Shown here: piece by piece, positions 26,872 through 42,600 of the stretch | Position numbering within the stretch: position 1 is the first letter of the stretch | How the letters are laid out: each line of letters begins with the position of its first letter | Origin: Azolla caroliniana | Lineage: Eukaryota > Plantae > Polypodiophyta | Length of the DNA stretch: 64,000 bases | Assembly (NCBI GenBank): GCA_043228905.1 | Contig: JBHGNT010000021.1 | Coordinates: forward strand, 9,238,001-9,302,000 | Direction of reading: 5' to 3' | Translations under genes and position numbers: made by a program | The notes under the pieces: generated by a model | Databases searched by the model: none | The model's input: the letters and a program-made list of their open reading frames with translations, nothing else | What the model was told of the DNA's origin: nothing

Positions 26872-27235
26872 AAACACATATTCTACATTTAGAATATGTT
26901 TTAGAATACGCATAAGTATTCTACACGTATCTACATTTTAGAACTGCCATTTTTCACTTTTTCGCGTATTCTAAAAATTTAACTATTCTATGTATTTAAC
27001 AAGTATTTATCATTTCAAAAAAAAAATTAAACTTCTAATATTTTTTTTGAAAAAAAACTTTAAATTTTAAGAAGTATTTAACGTATTTTACAAGTATTCT
27101 ACACATATTCTAACTATGTAATGTTTTTTATCTGTAAAATACATATTCTAGGTATTTAAAAAAAAAGTTAGAACACTTGTAGAATACTTAGCGTACATAT
27201 TCCACACGTATTGTATGATGAGTATTCTACAACAA
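26872..27235. repeat. AT-rich segment with many TATTCTA(C)/TAGAATA motifs, probably a non-autonomous DNA-TE end
   Basis: About ten copies of the motif in both orientations. Confidence 0.45.
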
Positions 27236-27519
27236 TGAAAAGAATGTCACATATTTCACCACCACCCACACCATAACGTCTGTATGTGATTTGCTACTAT
27301 CTCCCAACCCCTCAACAATCTCACTAGCAAGTAACAACTGTTGCAATGAACTCTAGACGCACCAAACATTTGACACACTCAATAAAGGCTTCATTTCCCC
27401 TCCTATTCTTGTGCATAGATATAAATCTTTCATTATAGAAAGTGAATTTTCTAACTTTTTTTAGGTGTCATTCTATCCCAACCGGATGACCACAATTATC
27501 TATATCATGTTGTGCTCTT

Positions 27520-27625
27520 CTTGAGGAAGTACATAGACCTGAAGGTAGGTTATTTGGCACACAAAAAGGAGTTGGTTGCCATCATTTGTGCATTTGAGGT
27601 ATGGTGGCACTACCTAACTAGGACC
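27520..27625 (+). pseudogene. gypsy RNase H remnant
   Basis: YLAHKKELVAIICAFEVWWHYL matches the gypsy RH consensus. Confidence 0.6.
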
Positions 27626-28717
27626 TAACACCATATTCAACTACTCGCAAATCATAAGAATCTCACCAACTTCACTAGCATGTGTACCCTAAATCACCCC
27701 AAAACCGTTGGTACATCTTCTTAGATAATTTAAAATTTAAAATTTCCTTTCGACTTGGATCTCAAAATGGGAAACTAAATGCTTTTCCTTTATCAACAAA
27801 GTTTTATGTTTAGCTTGGGGATGAGGCCTATGGCCAACAAACTCGATATTTTCTCAAACCTAGCTAGGACAAGTTGTTTAAAACTTCCAAAGTTCCCGAT
27901 GTCATGGCATTGCTCGTATAGAAGATAACGTGAAAGTGAGGAAGGAATGACTGGGATTTTAGGCAGAAGAGACGGAATGAGTAGGGATGTTGTAAAGAGA
28001 AATTAACGAGAGATAAAGAAAATAAGCTCAAAAATGACATTTAAAAAAGCATAAGAAATTTTTAATATTTCCATGGAAGTGTTTACAAAGCAGCTAAGAG
28101 TGTATTTCAACCTTTGCCCTTTTGTTTGCAGGGTAATCACCACGAAAAGTTGACGTGCTCTTCTCTTTCTTAACAGTAGACTACAATCATCCCTTCAATC
28201 TTCTCTTTCAATTAGGATAAGACTTCAACTTTCGCCCTTTCATTCCAAGATTAGCACAACCGTCAAACTAGTTATTTTCTTCGTACCTTCAAAATATTTA
28301 TTGTTTCCATGCATTGCAATGTGAGACGGGTTGGGGCACAAGTGATGAGAGTGATTGATTATGCACACTTTGCCCTAAATAAGTTCGAGAGTCTGAGTAT
28401 CACACTCTTATACAATACTCTACCTTCGATCATATTCGACCATGCTTTACACATATCTTTGACCAACCTCAATCCTGCACAAATTCCTCTAACAATCACA
28501 ATGCACACTCTCGATTGCAAAATTCATTGGTGAAGTTCTGGAACATCGAGAGTCGCTACTCACTTTCACACATATCATGTGAAATGTAATATTTTTTGTC
28601 TCATACCGAAGACAATAATATAATCTCTCTCTCTCTCTCTTATTGTAATTACCTTACCTTAGTGGTAAGTCCATAACATTACAAGCACTATGTCTTGGGT
28701 TTGAAACCCAATTTCCT

Positions 28718-28748
<31 letters not shown>

Positions 28749-30625
28749 CACTCACACACACACAATATATCTCATCATAAATCTCATGATATATTTCTAG
28801 ATCTCTCTTGTTAGGACACTCTTCTCCTTTTATAGTCAAGGGAATCTCTAACATGGGTGTCATGTGGTGCACATGTAGTACATTGCTTGGTTTATACTAT
28901 ACAATTTAATTCATATAATGTTAGATTATAGCATGAATGTTGGCTAGATCATAAGCTTTGAGTTTTGAAAGGCGGAGGTTAAAGGTTTGAATCCTTTCTT
29001 GCCAACATGATATTATTTTTTACTTGATTCACCTTTCATCTATAAATAGTATAATATGCACGTAATTATCATAGATTTTTATGGTAGATCATTAATATGA
29101 CCTTTACATATATAATACAGACACAACCTAATTACTAAGCTTAATATTATTTTAGTTATGTATTTGTTTGTTTGTGGACTTGAATCGTGGAGTCTTCCTA
29201 CTTCATGACACCGGTTGATGGGTCATTAATAAAAGAACCGATCATGACAACAACATCAAACCAACTAGCTAAAGAAATAAGGGAAGCAATGACTCAAGAA
29301 AGGAACAAATGTGTTGATATTAATCAATTCATATTTGAAAATGAGCTTCTCCGAAAAAACTTGATCTACATCATGGAAGGACATGCTAGCTCAAGGCCTT
29401 TTCAGAATGCCATGAGAATGCAATGACAAGGAATGTTGGCTTTTCTACTAGAAGGAAGCTATTGTTAGGAATGAAATTAAAGGAAGGTAGAAAAACCAAC
29501 TAGCTTAAAATTATTGTGTGGAAACTTAGCATCATTTCCATGCTAGGAGATAAGTCTTTTAATCATTCTTCTATGAACGTCAAACCACGCCTAGGACCAT
29601 TCAATAAAAAGAACATATTTGTAAATCCCCCATATCAAACCTATTGAGAGATTTCTAGATCAATCTGGTCATATCCATAGTGCACACATTCTTCAAAAAC
29701 TGCATTGACGATGCCAAACCCTTTAATTGCATTCCGTAGAGCCCAAGCAAAAATGCATCAGAACACGTGCAAACAAGCCATGTGCTTTAAATTAGGCACG
29801 ATCCTTCTCTCAAAAATCTTACATTATATTTCCCTACACTGACTAGTGTTTGCATTTAAAATCTTACCTGATGCAAATGTAAGCTGTTGCTGGACCATAT
29901 TTTTGCAAGAGCTGACTTATGTGGCAATTTCGAAGAGAAAAGAAGTCATACAAAACCTTGCAAAGCAGCACTATCTTATATAATTTGATATCCATCATGT
30001 TAACAGTTAACCATCCTTTATTATGACAAGTTCCATCCATCACTTACACAAATTTTATTTGCCATAATGCATCCAATACCTGATTTTGATCATGTTTACC
30101 TTTTCAACAAGAATGTAGCATTCAGTCTTAATTGCACACTCCGCTTACGAAAGATATAATAAACACTGTAGACATGTACAAGGTTTAAAACGCATGATCT
30201 ACGATTCCACCTCAATAATGGATCATATAATTTAACATGCATAACTAAAATAACATAAAATTGTTATTCTACTAAACATATATATAAGAATGACAGTAGA
30301 ATACATAATTAAGCTCCCCATAGTGACTTCTAAAGTGAAAATAAAATATTGAGGCAAACATTTTGGCTTATGATTTTTATTTAAACAATTACCAAGCAAG
30401 TACTGAACTCGTTTGATTAAAAATGACAAGAGCTTTCATAAATTCCATTGAAAGTATGGATATACTATCCAGTAAGAAGTAATGCACCAACTCTTCGTCC
30501 AAACATGAATATCACAGCTCTTAATATGAGGTCTTAGTGTTACAAATTGGCTTTGTACTAACCTCCAAAATCTTCTTTACAATTACTCAACCAAAAAATA
30601 TCAAATAAAATCACATGTAAATTTA

Positions 30626-33600
30626 TTATACGAGGTTAACTTCATTATTGTTAAGCTCTGTAATATCCTCAGATGGTGCTCCTTGTAGAAGTCGATAGTA
30701 CAGCAGAAGCATCGTGGCCATGCATGACCTGTTTATAAAAAGGCATGATGCAACAAACATCAGAGATCAAGCTTCATTAGGCTTTCTTTTTAGCATTTGT
30801 TTTGGTGTTATGAAGATACATTTTACCTTTTTGAAATTGAAGACTAATAAAATCTCATCTTTTAATTCCTTGGCTAATAATAATAACATATAAATAAAAA
30901 ATAACTCACATTATTGCAAGCACAAGTAAAATCTTTTTTGTATTGACCCCTGATGATCGAGACCGCCTACGATGCCGCCCTTCAATTATTTCCTCGGCAT
31001 ATGATGATGTTTGTTCATCTTTACGGGATGGTGTAGTAACAGGCAGTAGTGAAGAAGGATTTGATGTAAAAGGCATCAAAAATTTCAAGGCTTGCTTTGG
31101 TATTGGACCTTCAGAACCCATTTAGTGTTGATGAGATACATAAGGGCAGTGAGAGAAACATTGGAAATAAATAATCGCAAGCTAACCTCCATGATTGTAT
31201 TTCCTTCTCAGTTCATCCTCATCTTTGGCATCATATTCTACATGATTTGAAGCCATTTTCTCCCCACGACCTGATGGTTTTCTTGTCATGGCTCCTGGAT
31301 TTATCTAACAAGCATACAGATATTATACAATTGATTAAAGGAAATTAGAAATTAGAGAGGGGAATTAACAACTTCATCTTCAAAATGTGGAGTTTTTGGT
31401 TTTTGGGTGTGACTTGCACATCTTATCTCTTATTCACATTTGATCTGGCGGGTCAATCTGTAAAGCAACATTATGGCAATGTTCATCTTTGGACAGCGGC
31501 ATTTATTTCATTCGACAAATCTATGTCTGAACTTATCTTCTTTGCAAAAAGAAAATGCAATCTCTTTTGACACAGAAATGGAGACACGGATCGTAAAAGA
31601 TGACGCCCAAAAAGAGAACATGGATATATCAACTGGTCCAAGTTGTATGACACTGATTAAAGTTTGTATTCAGTAAAGGGTTGATTTGGCTGGACTCCAT
31701 GTTTTTGCATGTGGCTTGACCCACAATCTCATGTTTACTCAATGAGAATTGGGCCAAACACAAATTTCAAGGCAATTTGCTTTCGTATGAGAACATGTGA
31801 GCATAAGCTCTGTCAACAAACAGAATCAGATATGTTATTAATGTCCATAGGGGCCTGATATGGTGGTGACCTCAATGAAGTGGGAGTTGAGGCATGGTGT
31901 CGCCAGGAGTGCAGGTAGTGGTGTGGGACAGAACTGACCCCCATAGCTACGCAAAGAGGGCAGATGCAGAGTCACATATTCGCAGTGGACCAGTGACACT
32001 GGTAAACAGCCTATCTTGTTGGCAGATCTATACTGCACTGAAGGAAGGAAACTAGAAGCAGATAATGAACCTGGGAGTCCTAAATGCATTCATTTTTGCA
32101 CGGGATGGACGATGAAACACACGTGGAATATCAAATGGCTATTTGAAGCGATTGCTAATGATGGAATAATTGAAGGATCATCAGATCATAAACCATAGAA
32201 TGTCAAGAGGACAATCACTTGAGTGAAAGCAGTGCACTACGACCAGTTGCTCATCCTCGAGAGTAGTTGAGGAAAAAGGGGCAGCGTCCAGTGGATTCAA
32301 GGCCTGAACTGAGACAATAGAAGTATCAAGAATGATGACATAGAACCTAAAGCTGAAAATATTCAAGAAAAAAAAATTATCTGTCAATTTGCATGAAAGA
32401 GAATCATTTGCAAACCTGTAAGAAGAAACAGATGATGAACCATCCCAAAGTAAGGAACGGAAGGGTCAGCATAATGTAAACATCTCTTAATTCGGGAGGT
32501 TGATGAGAATAATGTAGAACCCAGGTATTTCAAGGGACTGGTATTCACCAGTAAGGATCAACTGAAAGCCTAACTAAATCATTCCAGAAGATAAGGTCCC
32601 TCTAGATTCTCAGCATGGGCTATGAAATATTGTACTAGTAAGAGTCTTCTGAAAATAATTCAACTTCATGAATCATAAGACTTCATGAAATACAATTATA
32701 ATCCTAGCCAGATCCAATGTCTGTGTCACTATGTAGCATCTCTAGATCACACCCTCTCTTTGATAGATATAGCATCACCTTTCTTTTATTCAACCAAAGA
32801 ACCATTCTAAATAGATTGGTATCTGTTTACAATCTTTCTATTGCCCCAAAAAGCCATGTCCAAGGCCACAATGAGCATGTGAATTAGCCTACGCAAATCC
32901 TTCAACTATGAAGCAGATGAAGAAAGTGAATGGCAAACAAGAAAACAAAGAGACAAAAATAATAAGATTCTGCATTATACTCTTCTCTTTGCCATGGAGC
33001 CTATTTGAAATTCAGGATCCTGAGTTGTCCATCTTGTGTGCAATAAAGTCAAATTGATTTCCAATTCACGCAAACCAAACAGATTCCAGAAGTCAACATG
33101 AGGAATCAGAAACACGTCTAAATAAAATCCCTAAATAAAATCCGTAAAATAAGATCTCTGGTGAGCTTACATTAGTTGGGCTAGCTAATTTTGATATTGC
33201 GTCCATGTTCAATGATGAGTGTGTCTTCCCATTTATGTCCCTCATTGCTACAGAACCTAGTACCATGTCTTCTTTAATCTCTGTGGAATTATATTGTGCT
33301 TTTGTAGCTGATAAAAGCCCTGTTCTATTATTGGTTGTATCTGATGACTGTACTGCAGTTTGACCTGACATAGCAAAATTAGCAACAGGTGGTGATGCAA
33401 ATGTTGATGGAGGTGAAGGATCATTTGCCAAAATAGTTTTGCTTAGCCCACTCTGCATGTGAAACATGGAAAATGTTGAATAAATCAATTACAACCCAGA
33501 GAAAAACAACAATTAGGCAAGATATTAACCTGTGAAATTCTTTCTTTCAGCTCAACTGCTATAGCACAGTTATAATCTTTAATGAGCTTTGGAGGCCATA

Positions 33601-36600
33601 TCTAATGAAAGATGAGCCAAATGTAAGGAGGTATTATAGTAAAAAATCATTAGATATGCTTTAGGGCTTTCATGAATCGTCTGAAATCAACTCACTGGTG
33701 CTGAACAGGCTGGGCAAGCATATCCTGCTGGTGCAGTATGAGGTGGAAAGCTTTGCAAATGCTTTGAGAGACATGTTGAATGGAGGACATCTGCGTTGAT
33801 AATCATAAATACAGATATATTAGTTAGAAACGATGCATTGTTCTTTATTATCCCTGAGGCATTTAAATGAAATCAGTAAATTTCGTACGAAGGCACCCCA
33901 GGCGGCTAACTTTTGATTCCCCAACTTGCAGGGTTTCATGACATAAGTTGCATTTTGGAGGCCAATTATAGTCTCCATCAATAACCCATTCTGAATAAGT
34001 CCTTACCTAAGATCACGGAAACCAATTTCATCTTAGTATACACTTTTAACCACTAACTAACAACATCTATAACCAGATGTCTAGAAAAACAGATGATATT
34101 ATAAAAAGTGAAATTGCAAACACAATCACCATATCCAATCATAACCAAAACTAGATATCAAACAAATGCAAATCAAGGTCCCCCTCAAAAAGTTTTTCTT
34201 ACCACCTGCTTCCAGAATATGTCAATAGCTAATGATAAACTAATATTTGCGGTCTAACCTACTAATTAATTTAACTTATATCTTGGCTTCAATTTTTGTT
34301 GTTGTAGAGCTATACCATAGCTTTATCTCAATCCACAAAGCTGTAGATATGGACTGCTGAGGGATTCAATCCTAATATCTACAAACATCACCAATTCTTC
34401 AACTGGACTATACCTGATGCTGCTCTAGCCTCAATCTCTCTTCCAAAAATGCAAGAACGCAATGGGCACATTGCCGCAATGACTTTCCTCTTACCTAAAA
34501 TTCTAAAGCATCATGTGATAGGTTAAATTTAACATCGTGTCCAATTTAAAGAACGTACAAAGTCCTGGTTATTTATTATCATGGCCAATACTAGACATAT
34601 GCTGTGGTTATATAAAAAAACTATGGTTTTATACAAGTTGGGATCAAATTCGGACTCAGAATCATAGAAAAAAGGGCTATGCATCAATGATTGTTAAATG
34701 GCTCATTTATAAAGATTTGGAAATTTAATCTTATTTATTAACAAGCTTTTTGAATGATTGGCCCAATTTTATAGCAGAATGAAGAATGATTAATAATATT
34801 TGCCAAATGTTTTAAGGTAAACATTTAAAAGATTAACCTGATTTTCAATCAGTTTGAAGTTTCACAAGCCAAGTGATTTACATTTCGTAAGTCCACCTTG
34901 TCAGAACTAAATAAGAAGGACGAAAGTAAACAATCATTCTAAAATGCTTTTCATATTGACTGTGGTAGCACATCAGTCAGCAAAACAGACATGCAATTAA
35001 AAAAGAATACAAAATCAAATTGCTAAACAATTAAAATATCATGCAAATATTACATACACATACAATCCGCACACACATAGTCCAGCAGAATTATACTTTC
35101 CTGGTTACAGAATATCCTGCACAAATCTATTTCCATTACAAAGCGTATCACTAATTAAAGAAAATTAAGTCTCTTGTTCTGTTGTATGAAATAAACTAAT
35201 CAACAAATCAGCACCACTATTTCAGAAAAATACACAACGATTTCAATAAAATTTTAATAATTATTTGAAAAAACTGCTACCCCAAAGAAAAACTTAAAAA
35301 AGCATCTTTCAAGAAAACATATCACCAATTATATCTAATCATAGCGTGAACTAATTGCTAACAACTATGATTACTGAATGCTTTCGTTTAAATCAATACA
35401 ATTACAAAGACAAAAAGCAAGTAAGATATGATTAACATCTCTTGAGAGGCCAGAATGGCCTATGAGATCAAGCAAGAGATTAGATCTGAAAACGCTGTTC
35501 ATCTTGGAGAACAAACCAAAACAAATGTAAGTACCAGATATTCAAGTTGGAAGAAAAAAGAAAAAAGATATGTAAGCTCTTCTAAGACGCCAAAATGCTT
35601 AGAAGGCCAAACAAAAGCATATATCTTATTTATAAATAAATAAATAAGCGTCACAGAGTAAATAAGTAAATAAAAACAAAAATGAATAAAAAACTCCATC
35701 ATATCAATATGTGAACAAAAATTCAATAAAAACTCCTTTATCTGTCAATGACAAAGGTGGCAAGATAATGATCCAAAGGGCCAAGGACTACGTTATCGGG
35801 ATTAAAGGCCCTTTGGTTGCTCATATTAAACTAGAAAATGTTTCTTATATAATATAGTATTTTTCTAATTTCTGTTGTACAATCTCGTTTTTCAGAATTG
35901 TACCCATAAAAGAATATTTTGTTCAGTGGATAGGATCCTTGGACAAGATTGCAACTCATCATTTAATTGGTATTTATGAAGCCATGACTTGGCTGTCCCA
36001 TTAGCATTTAAAGCTCTTTGTCGAAGAGCATATTCTGTGTATTTTAAATAGCATATGTGTGTGTACACTCCTGTACTCAATATTATCAGGTAGATGGGTT
36101 TGTCATTCAATCTTCACTTCTCTACATACTTGCATGACAAAATGCTATTGCCTGATCTACCGTGACCCCTTTGCAATGTCCTGGTCAGGAGGCCACACGT
36201 GCACCCTTGATTTACTTGACAGAGAGAAGAAGATATTGATGTCTTTTAAGAGACCAAACATGAGATTACATCTTTAAATGCTGACTTGCCTTTGAGAAAC
36301 AAAATAAATATAACTAAATATGGGTTCTAAAGAATCTAGTTAGTTAAGCAATCAAGATTCAGAATTTAGGCTGAAACTGCTAGCTTTGAAAGATCTCCAA
36401 CAAGGCCCGATAAAAGATGGAGACATCTCGGAAGATTGGGAATTACCTTTGGGGCCAGATGATTATGATCTTTGTCGATGATAGGGTAGTGGGGCCATGG
36501 TCAAGTTGGTCATGGACTACATACTTGACACATTACTATGCATAGTCCGATCTATTGTAAGCCTTTTTGTGTGATCTGTTAGAGACTTTGCATATCCCTC

Positions 36601-39600
36601 AATGAACTTGTAAAATGAGGGTTACTGAAACCAAAGAAATGTCTATGTGGATATATTGTTGTCCAACAACTATTGTCTATGCCTCTTGAGTTCTAGAAAA
36701 AAAAAGTCCCAAGCATCGTTGTTCTTTGTATCCAATAACCTTACGTAATGGACCAAATCCTTGGAAGAGGCAGTGTGATCTCCCTTTTATTTCAGAAAGG
36801 GTACAATGGAAAATATAATGTTCGTCCAGTATGATTTCATAACAGTACAATGGCACAATTGGTGGATTTGTTCTACAATAGATTTGTGTACATATCTGCC
36901 AATCTCAATCTCTAATTAATGGGAAAAGGCCTTGACCAACACTATCACATTGAGGAGTCATGAGATAGATTTGCAACCATATAAGAAGGCAATCATGACC
37001 TCATTCTAATGTGGGCAATCATCAACACCACTGGTCTCTTGAAATTTGTCTAGTTATGTGCCCTACAAAGGTTCAGTCCCCAATTTCTACTCCATAACAA
37101 AGAGTAGGACTTACAAGTGTATAAAAAAAACATTTGGTTTGTGTTTCTTATGTTCTTCTGTAACTGTATATATTCATATAATCTTTCAAGGGCATCAATG
37201 ACTACATGCAAACCCCCCTCCCCAAAAGAAAACCAAGGTCCTGAGAATGTTACTACTAGAGATGTGTAGGATCGCGTGTATGCCACTTTTTCAAAGTCCG
37301 TTCCGATCTCCTTACTGATGCTTGAAAGGTGTTAAACAAAATCTCACTTTACTTCTATCAAGATTTATGAGCAAATCTTAGTCCATACAAAATGATTTTG
37401 AAGATTTTAGATGTTTTTGTAGTTCCTTGAAGAGTCAGAGACCCAAAAAAATGTAATTAGATATCTCATCTATATAAAAACGAAGATAGTGAGTCATAGT
37501 GCATCATTTTGTTACTCCATTTTGCATGACTTCCAATAACCCAAATAGAAGTGTGCACTTTCCCTGAAACTGATTCATATAGTGCATAGATTCCACATTG
37601 CCTATCTACTTCGATGCCAAAAGCTTCTAATCACAGCATGGGCTGAGAATGTAGTACATTGTTCAAAGATATTTGACGCATCCTGCATTCTAATTCTACC
37701 AATATGAAAATCCGGCATATTTAGCTCCACATCTGAGGGCCTTACATTCTAATAGCATCCAAGGTAGTATACTCTTGTTTTAGATATTTCAGGGCATAGA
37801 AAATTTAAAGTCAAAAAGTTGATGTGCAAACTACTAGAAGATTTCTCCCAGATGGGTTCAATGTAGTAAGAATTGGGACGAAATTCCATGAACGCTTGAA
37901 AAGAGACCACCTCGAGAACAATAAAATCATATTAAAACCAACAGTGTCTATAAGAAAACAGGATTAATTGCACAAAGGGAATGATGTGTCAATCTTCCAA
38001 GAACTGTTGCATTTGCAATTTCAGTTCTCAGATTGGATCACATCCTTGTACTAAGAACAATGTCATACATGCTAGGCTCAGTGAGCTATACAAATGACTC
38101 AAAGTTGAAACCCATCAGTCTCCGCAAGTGATTCCTCTTCAATATACAAATATAGTCACATAGTATCCATGAAATGCAGTTCATAGCATCACCTCAATCA
38201 AAGACTTGCATGGATGTGAAGTGAAATCTCTAAGAATGCTAGCAACAAATGTTTAATTACGCTGTATACACACTTTGTACTTTGATGCAACATATGAATC
38301 CTTTTCATGAAATCATAACCAGCCTCGAAATTGAGGTCACAATGTTGGTCAATATTACAATCAATCAACTATTACAAAAGCCCCTCAACCATATGGTGCT
38401 CAAGTCCTATAATAACCTATGAGGGTCTTTAGAAGCAGCCATTCAGGAGGAAGTAAACCTTCAATAGTTTAACTGAAGATCAAAAAGTTTCAAACTATCT
38501 AGTAGAAACTTGGTAAAAAATCAGTTTGCATATGTTTCACATCCTTCCAATATGGTGACTATTAAAGTAAGAAATTAGTTGGCTTTGATGTTTGCACATC
38601 AGGTATGCACACAGATACCAAAGAAAATCAGTATAAGTTAGGAGTAGAAAATAACTTAGAAACTTACCACACAAATATCATGTTCGCCAAAGGAAATGCA
38701 TTCTCCACAGACTGGAACTTTGTGAACAAAGCAATACAGATTTGTTGCCTACAAGCCATGTATAAAAACTTTAGAAATGAGCATGAAAAAGCAAGAAAAA
38801 TGAGCAAATAATGATATAGAACAAAACTAAAAGAAAAAGAATATGCTTTACAGAGACAATAAAAAAGTACAATAACTACTTAGAATGTGACTTTAGAAAA
38901 CTAAACCATATATAAACTTGTTACCATACACCCACGTCTTTGAAATTTATTGAAAAAGTTCGCAAATGAAACATGTCTCAGTTCATAAGATATTTTGTTA
39001 CATTTTTTCCCTTTAGAAATATATAAATAGTACTCAACCAACCTACATTATAAAGTTCAAAAATGTGGTCGAGTTTCAACTTGCATCAAGAAGAAAAGTA
39101 AAATCAACTAAAAACAATCAGTTCCCAAATATTTGTGTGATAATGATAACCTCAAATGGAAGTCTATAGATAATCAAGATGCAATGTATCTACCACTGAT
39201 CAAGTTCAAGAATTCTTAAATTGATTTTAGCCTTTGACATAAATCAGACAAGAATATGATAGATTTAATTTTATTAATATTTGGAGGGCAATTTGGACAT
39301 TCAGCCATATATATTCATACATATGTTTGTATGTACATGTATATATATTCCTTTCGACTTAAATGCCAGAAAAAATCTGTGCACTTCAAATATTGGCGTA
39401 GCACCATTTATGCATTTTGGCAATTAAAATAGCTCAAAACCTCAAAAATATCCCTCATTCTGTCCCATGTTGTTGCCCATAAGCTGGAATGGACATAGTA
39501 TCAAAGAACTTTCAACTTGAGCAAGATTTATCTGAAGAATTGCTAAGTTTGTGGATAGATAGAAAGAAAGAGCCCTAGACCCTAAACTCGTGATGCTATA

Positions 39601-42600
39601 CATTTAGCTAATAGGAATATCTACATTTTCCTCAAGAGCAATGTTTGGACTATCTGTATATGTTGGCAAATGATGAGGGTTAACCTAGGTATCTCAGGAA
39701 GTTTTATACCTTTTCTGCTTACATTATTTTGGGTTTCTCATTCCCTCCAAGATGAGACAATGCTTTCAGATATAACCTCTTTTACCGTCTCATAGAACAT
39801 TTTGTCTCTTAAAAGATGTTAATATATCTTGCTTAATTTCTTATGAAGAAACATAAAAAGTTTAATTTAAAAGGCTTACCAAATTTCTTCAGTTGGACTT
39901 TCACAAAGGCCTGGATATTTACAGATTATTATACTATAATGCAGCCAGATTACCGAAAGAACTGAATGCTGAGTTTCTAACTCAAAATTTAGGAGGCTCA
40001 CACAAGAAGGCAATGTCATCGTCTGGCCATAATCTGCAAATCCAGTGGAGCAAAGCAGCACTTTCCTTTCCACTTTTAAAGCAACAACCTTGATGAATCA
40101 TTGGTAAGGAGATGCTTTGCGCTTTTCTTTCCACTTTAAAGATGCAATCTTTGAAAAAATGAGCAATTTACCACACAAACCTTCCCCAAGGAACCATCCA
40201 GCAAGCATTTAAAACATCATGATGAACCAGTTCATTAAACAGGTTCATCCAAATGATGAAAACTGCTTCATTGGAATGGCACTGTCTCATTGATAACACA
40301 AATCTAACAAAATCCCGGGGGTGTAATCTCTCATTCAGTGTCATGAGCCATTTTCATCTCTTACAACACATTGGAGGGAATCATGCAATCATGCCATCGT
40401 CCACGGCGTCTTGCATAGAGCAACCAGAGGCCAAGATGGAGTGAAGAAACAAGAACTTTCTTTCTCAAGAACATGGTATAGACTATGGGTACACCTTTAG
40501 CCAGATTACAATGATTAAATAGGATGACTTGGGAAGTTTTACTAGTTTTTTACTATTTGCATTTTTTGGGTTTGTCTTCCTCAAATGTCAGACAAGATTC
40601 TCAGATGTAATTTCTCGGTCAGTCTCATAGGCCATTTTCACCTCTTAGAGGAGGTTACTAAATCTTTCTTTCCTTAATTCTACATCTAATATAATCCTAC
40701 AACCATATTTGAATGAGAACATCTCTAATTCTTAAAGTTAATTAAAAATATTTTCCGACGATTATCACCACCATTGCACTCCCAACAGGAAGATGTCACC
40801 TTGTAGGTTCTTCTAAATATTAACTGGTCGGTCCAACATACATTTACCGAATGCTTTTAATGTCATTGTCTATAATATATAATGTGAACTGTGAAAAAAT
40901 AGCAGTGTCCCCCTGAGCAAATGAGCCCTTAGATTTCATTTTGCTGTCAATTTGAATTTGAACATCTCCCTTCCGATCACCAATCGGATATATACTACTT
41001 TTACAGGTCCTACAGCACTCGGTCTGTTTTCTGATCTAACAATACACACCAAACCAAGGTTCATGGAGAATCAAAACTAATGAATTATTGGCTCGTGAGA
41101 CCGCAGGAGCTTCATTGTCATAGTTTCAGTACTCATCTTCTTCTCTTAAATATACATACACAACTTGAGTATTCTACCAAACCTAAGGATCCAGTAACAC
41201 TCTTGTTACCAAAAAACTAAACAATATCCCCCCATATCTTATAAATACATCACACATATAATCAGTAGCATCAAACACTAGCATTTTCATGGTAGGTCTC
41301 TATCCATTTTGACCAGATATCATCTCATCTCACATACGAGAAATAACATCATGAACAATATTATGACAGCCTATCATTTCATACATCTCCAATCATAAGC
41401 ACATCTCAGTTCTCGAGAACAAAAATATTCACAAGAAAATTCCTATAAGATAGAGGAACAATACACAAGTCCACAATTGTAACACCAAAAACATGAATTA
41501 AGCCCACAACAAAGATTTTATTACAAACCCAACACTCAAGCTCATAGCTAGCAATGATTTGTTTACAATATCAGAACAATGCAGGCCTGGATACCTTGTA
41601 CAGTTAATAGGATATCATCATTTCTAGTTGTGAGATAAAGAAGTTTGCTAGCTTCCTGCCTCTGAACTGCCTCTATCCACAAGCTAAAAGCCTCTACAAA
41701 CCAAATCGATGCTAAATGCTGAGTTGTTGCAATGTTGCTTCTTTGATGATGAGAAGGAGATAACAAAAATGATTAGGATGGGGATTACAGCAATGGTAAC
41801 AGTTAACAATGGGGATAGCAAGAGTGGTGGTGGTGGTGGTGGTGGTGGTGATGATGATGATGATGATGATGATGGGTTGATGCTGCTGCTTGCAAATTTC
41901 ATGTCCTTCCTCTATCCCAGGTCGGCTAATTGCCTTTCCCAAATGTTTTTAAACCTCTGTCTCCTTATGCCACCAATTAATTTCCTTTACATTTTGGCTC
42001 ACCGACCTCTTCTATTTATAAAGCTTTAATCTTTTGCCTTCCTCGTATACTTAAGTTGCTTTTTTCCTTTGCTCTCACACACACATACATGGTCACACAC
42101 TGCACCACATTGGGAAAACTCACTATGACATGGCCACCCTCTGAGAAAAAGACCCAGAAGTCAATAGGAAAAAACCCAGGTTCTAAGACTAGGCCAGGTA
42201 AACACGCAGATTTCCCACATAGATATGAGTTCTAACACAAAGAAACATTATTTGGATTGTAGATCTCTTTTCATTTGAAGCAGATATCATCTCTGTCGCA
42301 GCTTAACCTCACACACAATTACTAGCATTGGACAGATCTTCCATTCATTTGGATGAGACGTCATCTATATCATAAGTAAACCTTACTTAGGAGAACTAGC
42401 AATAAGAAGCAACACTTTTGACATCAGATCTTCAATTCGTTTGAAGCAGAGAAATCTCTTCACAATTAGAGCTATCAAACAATGATAACCCGCAGGAAGT
42501 AGAATTTTTCGCAGCACATTCTGTGGCCCAGTTGATATTAAATCGTCTTCATAATACATAGGCCTTACATTAGCTTATTAACGTCCAGAAACAACAGAGC

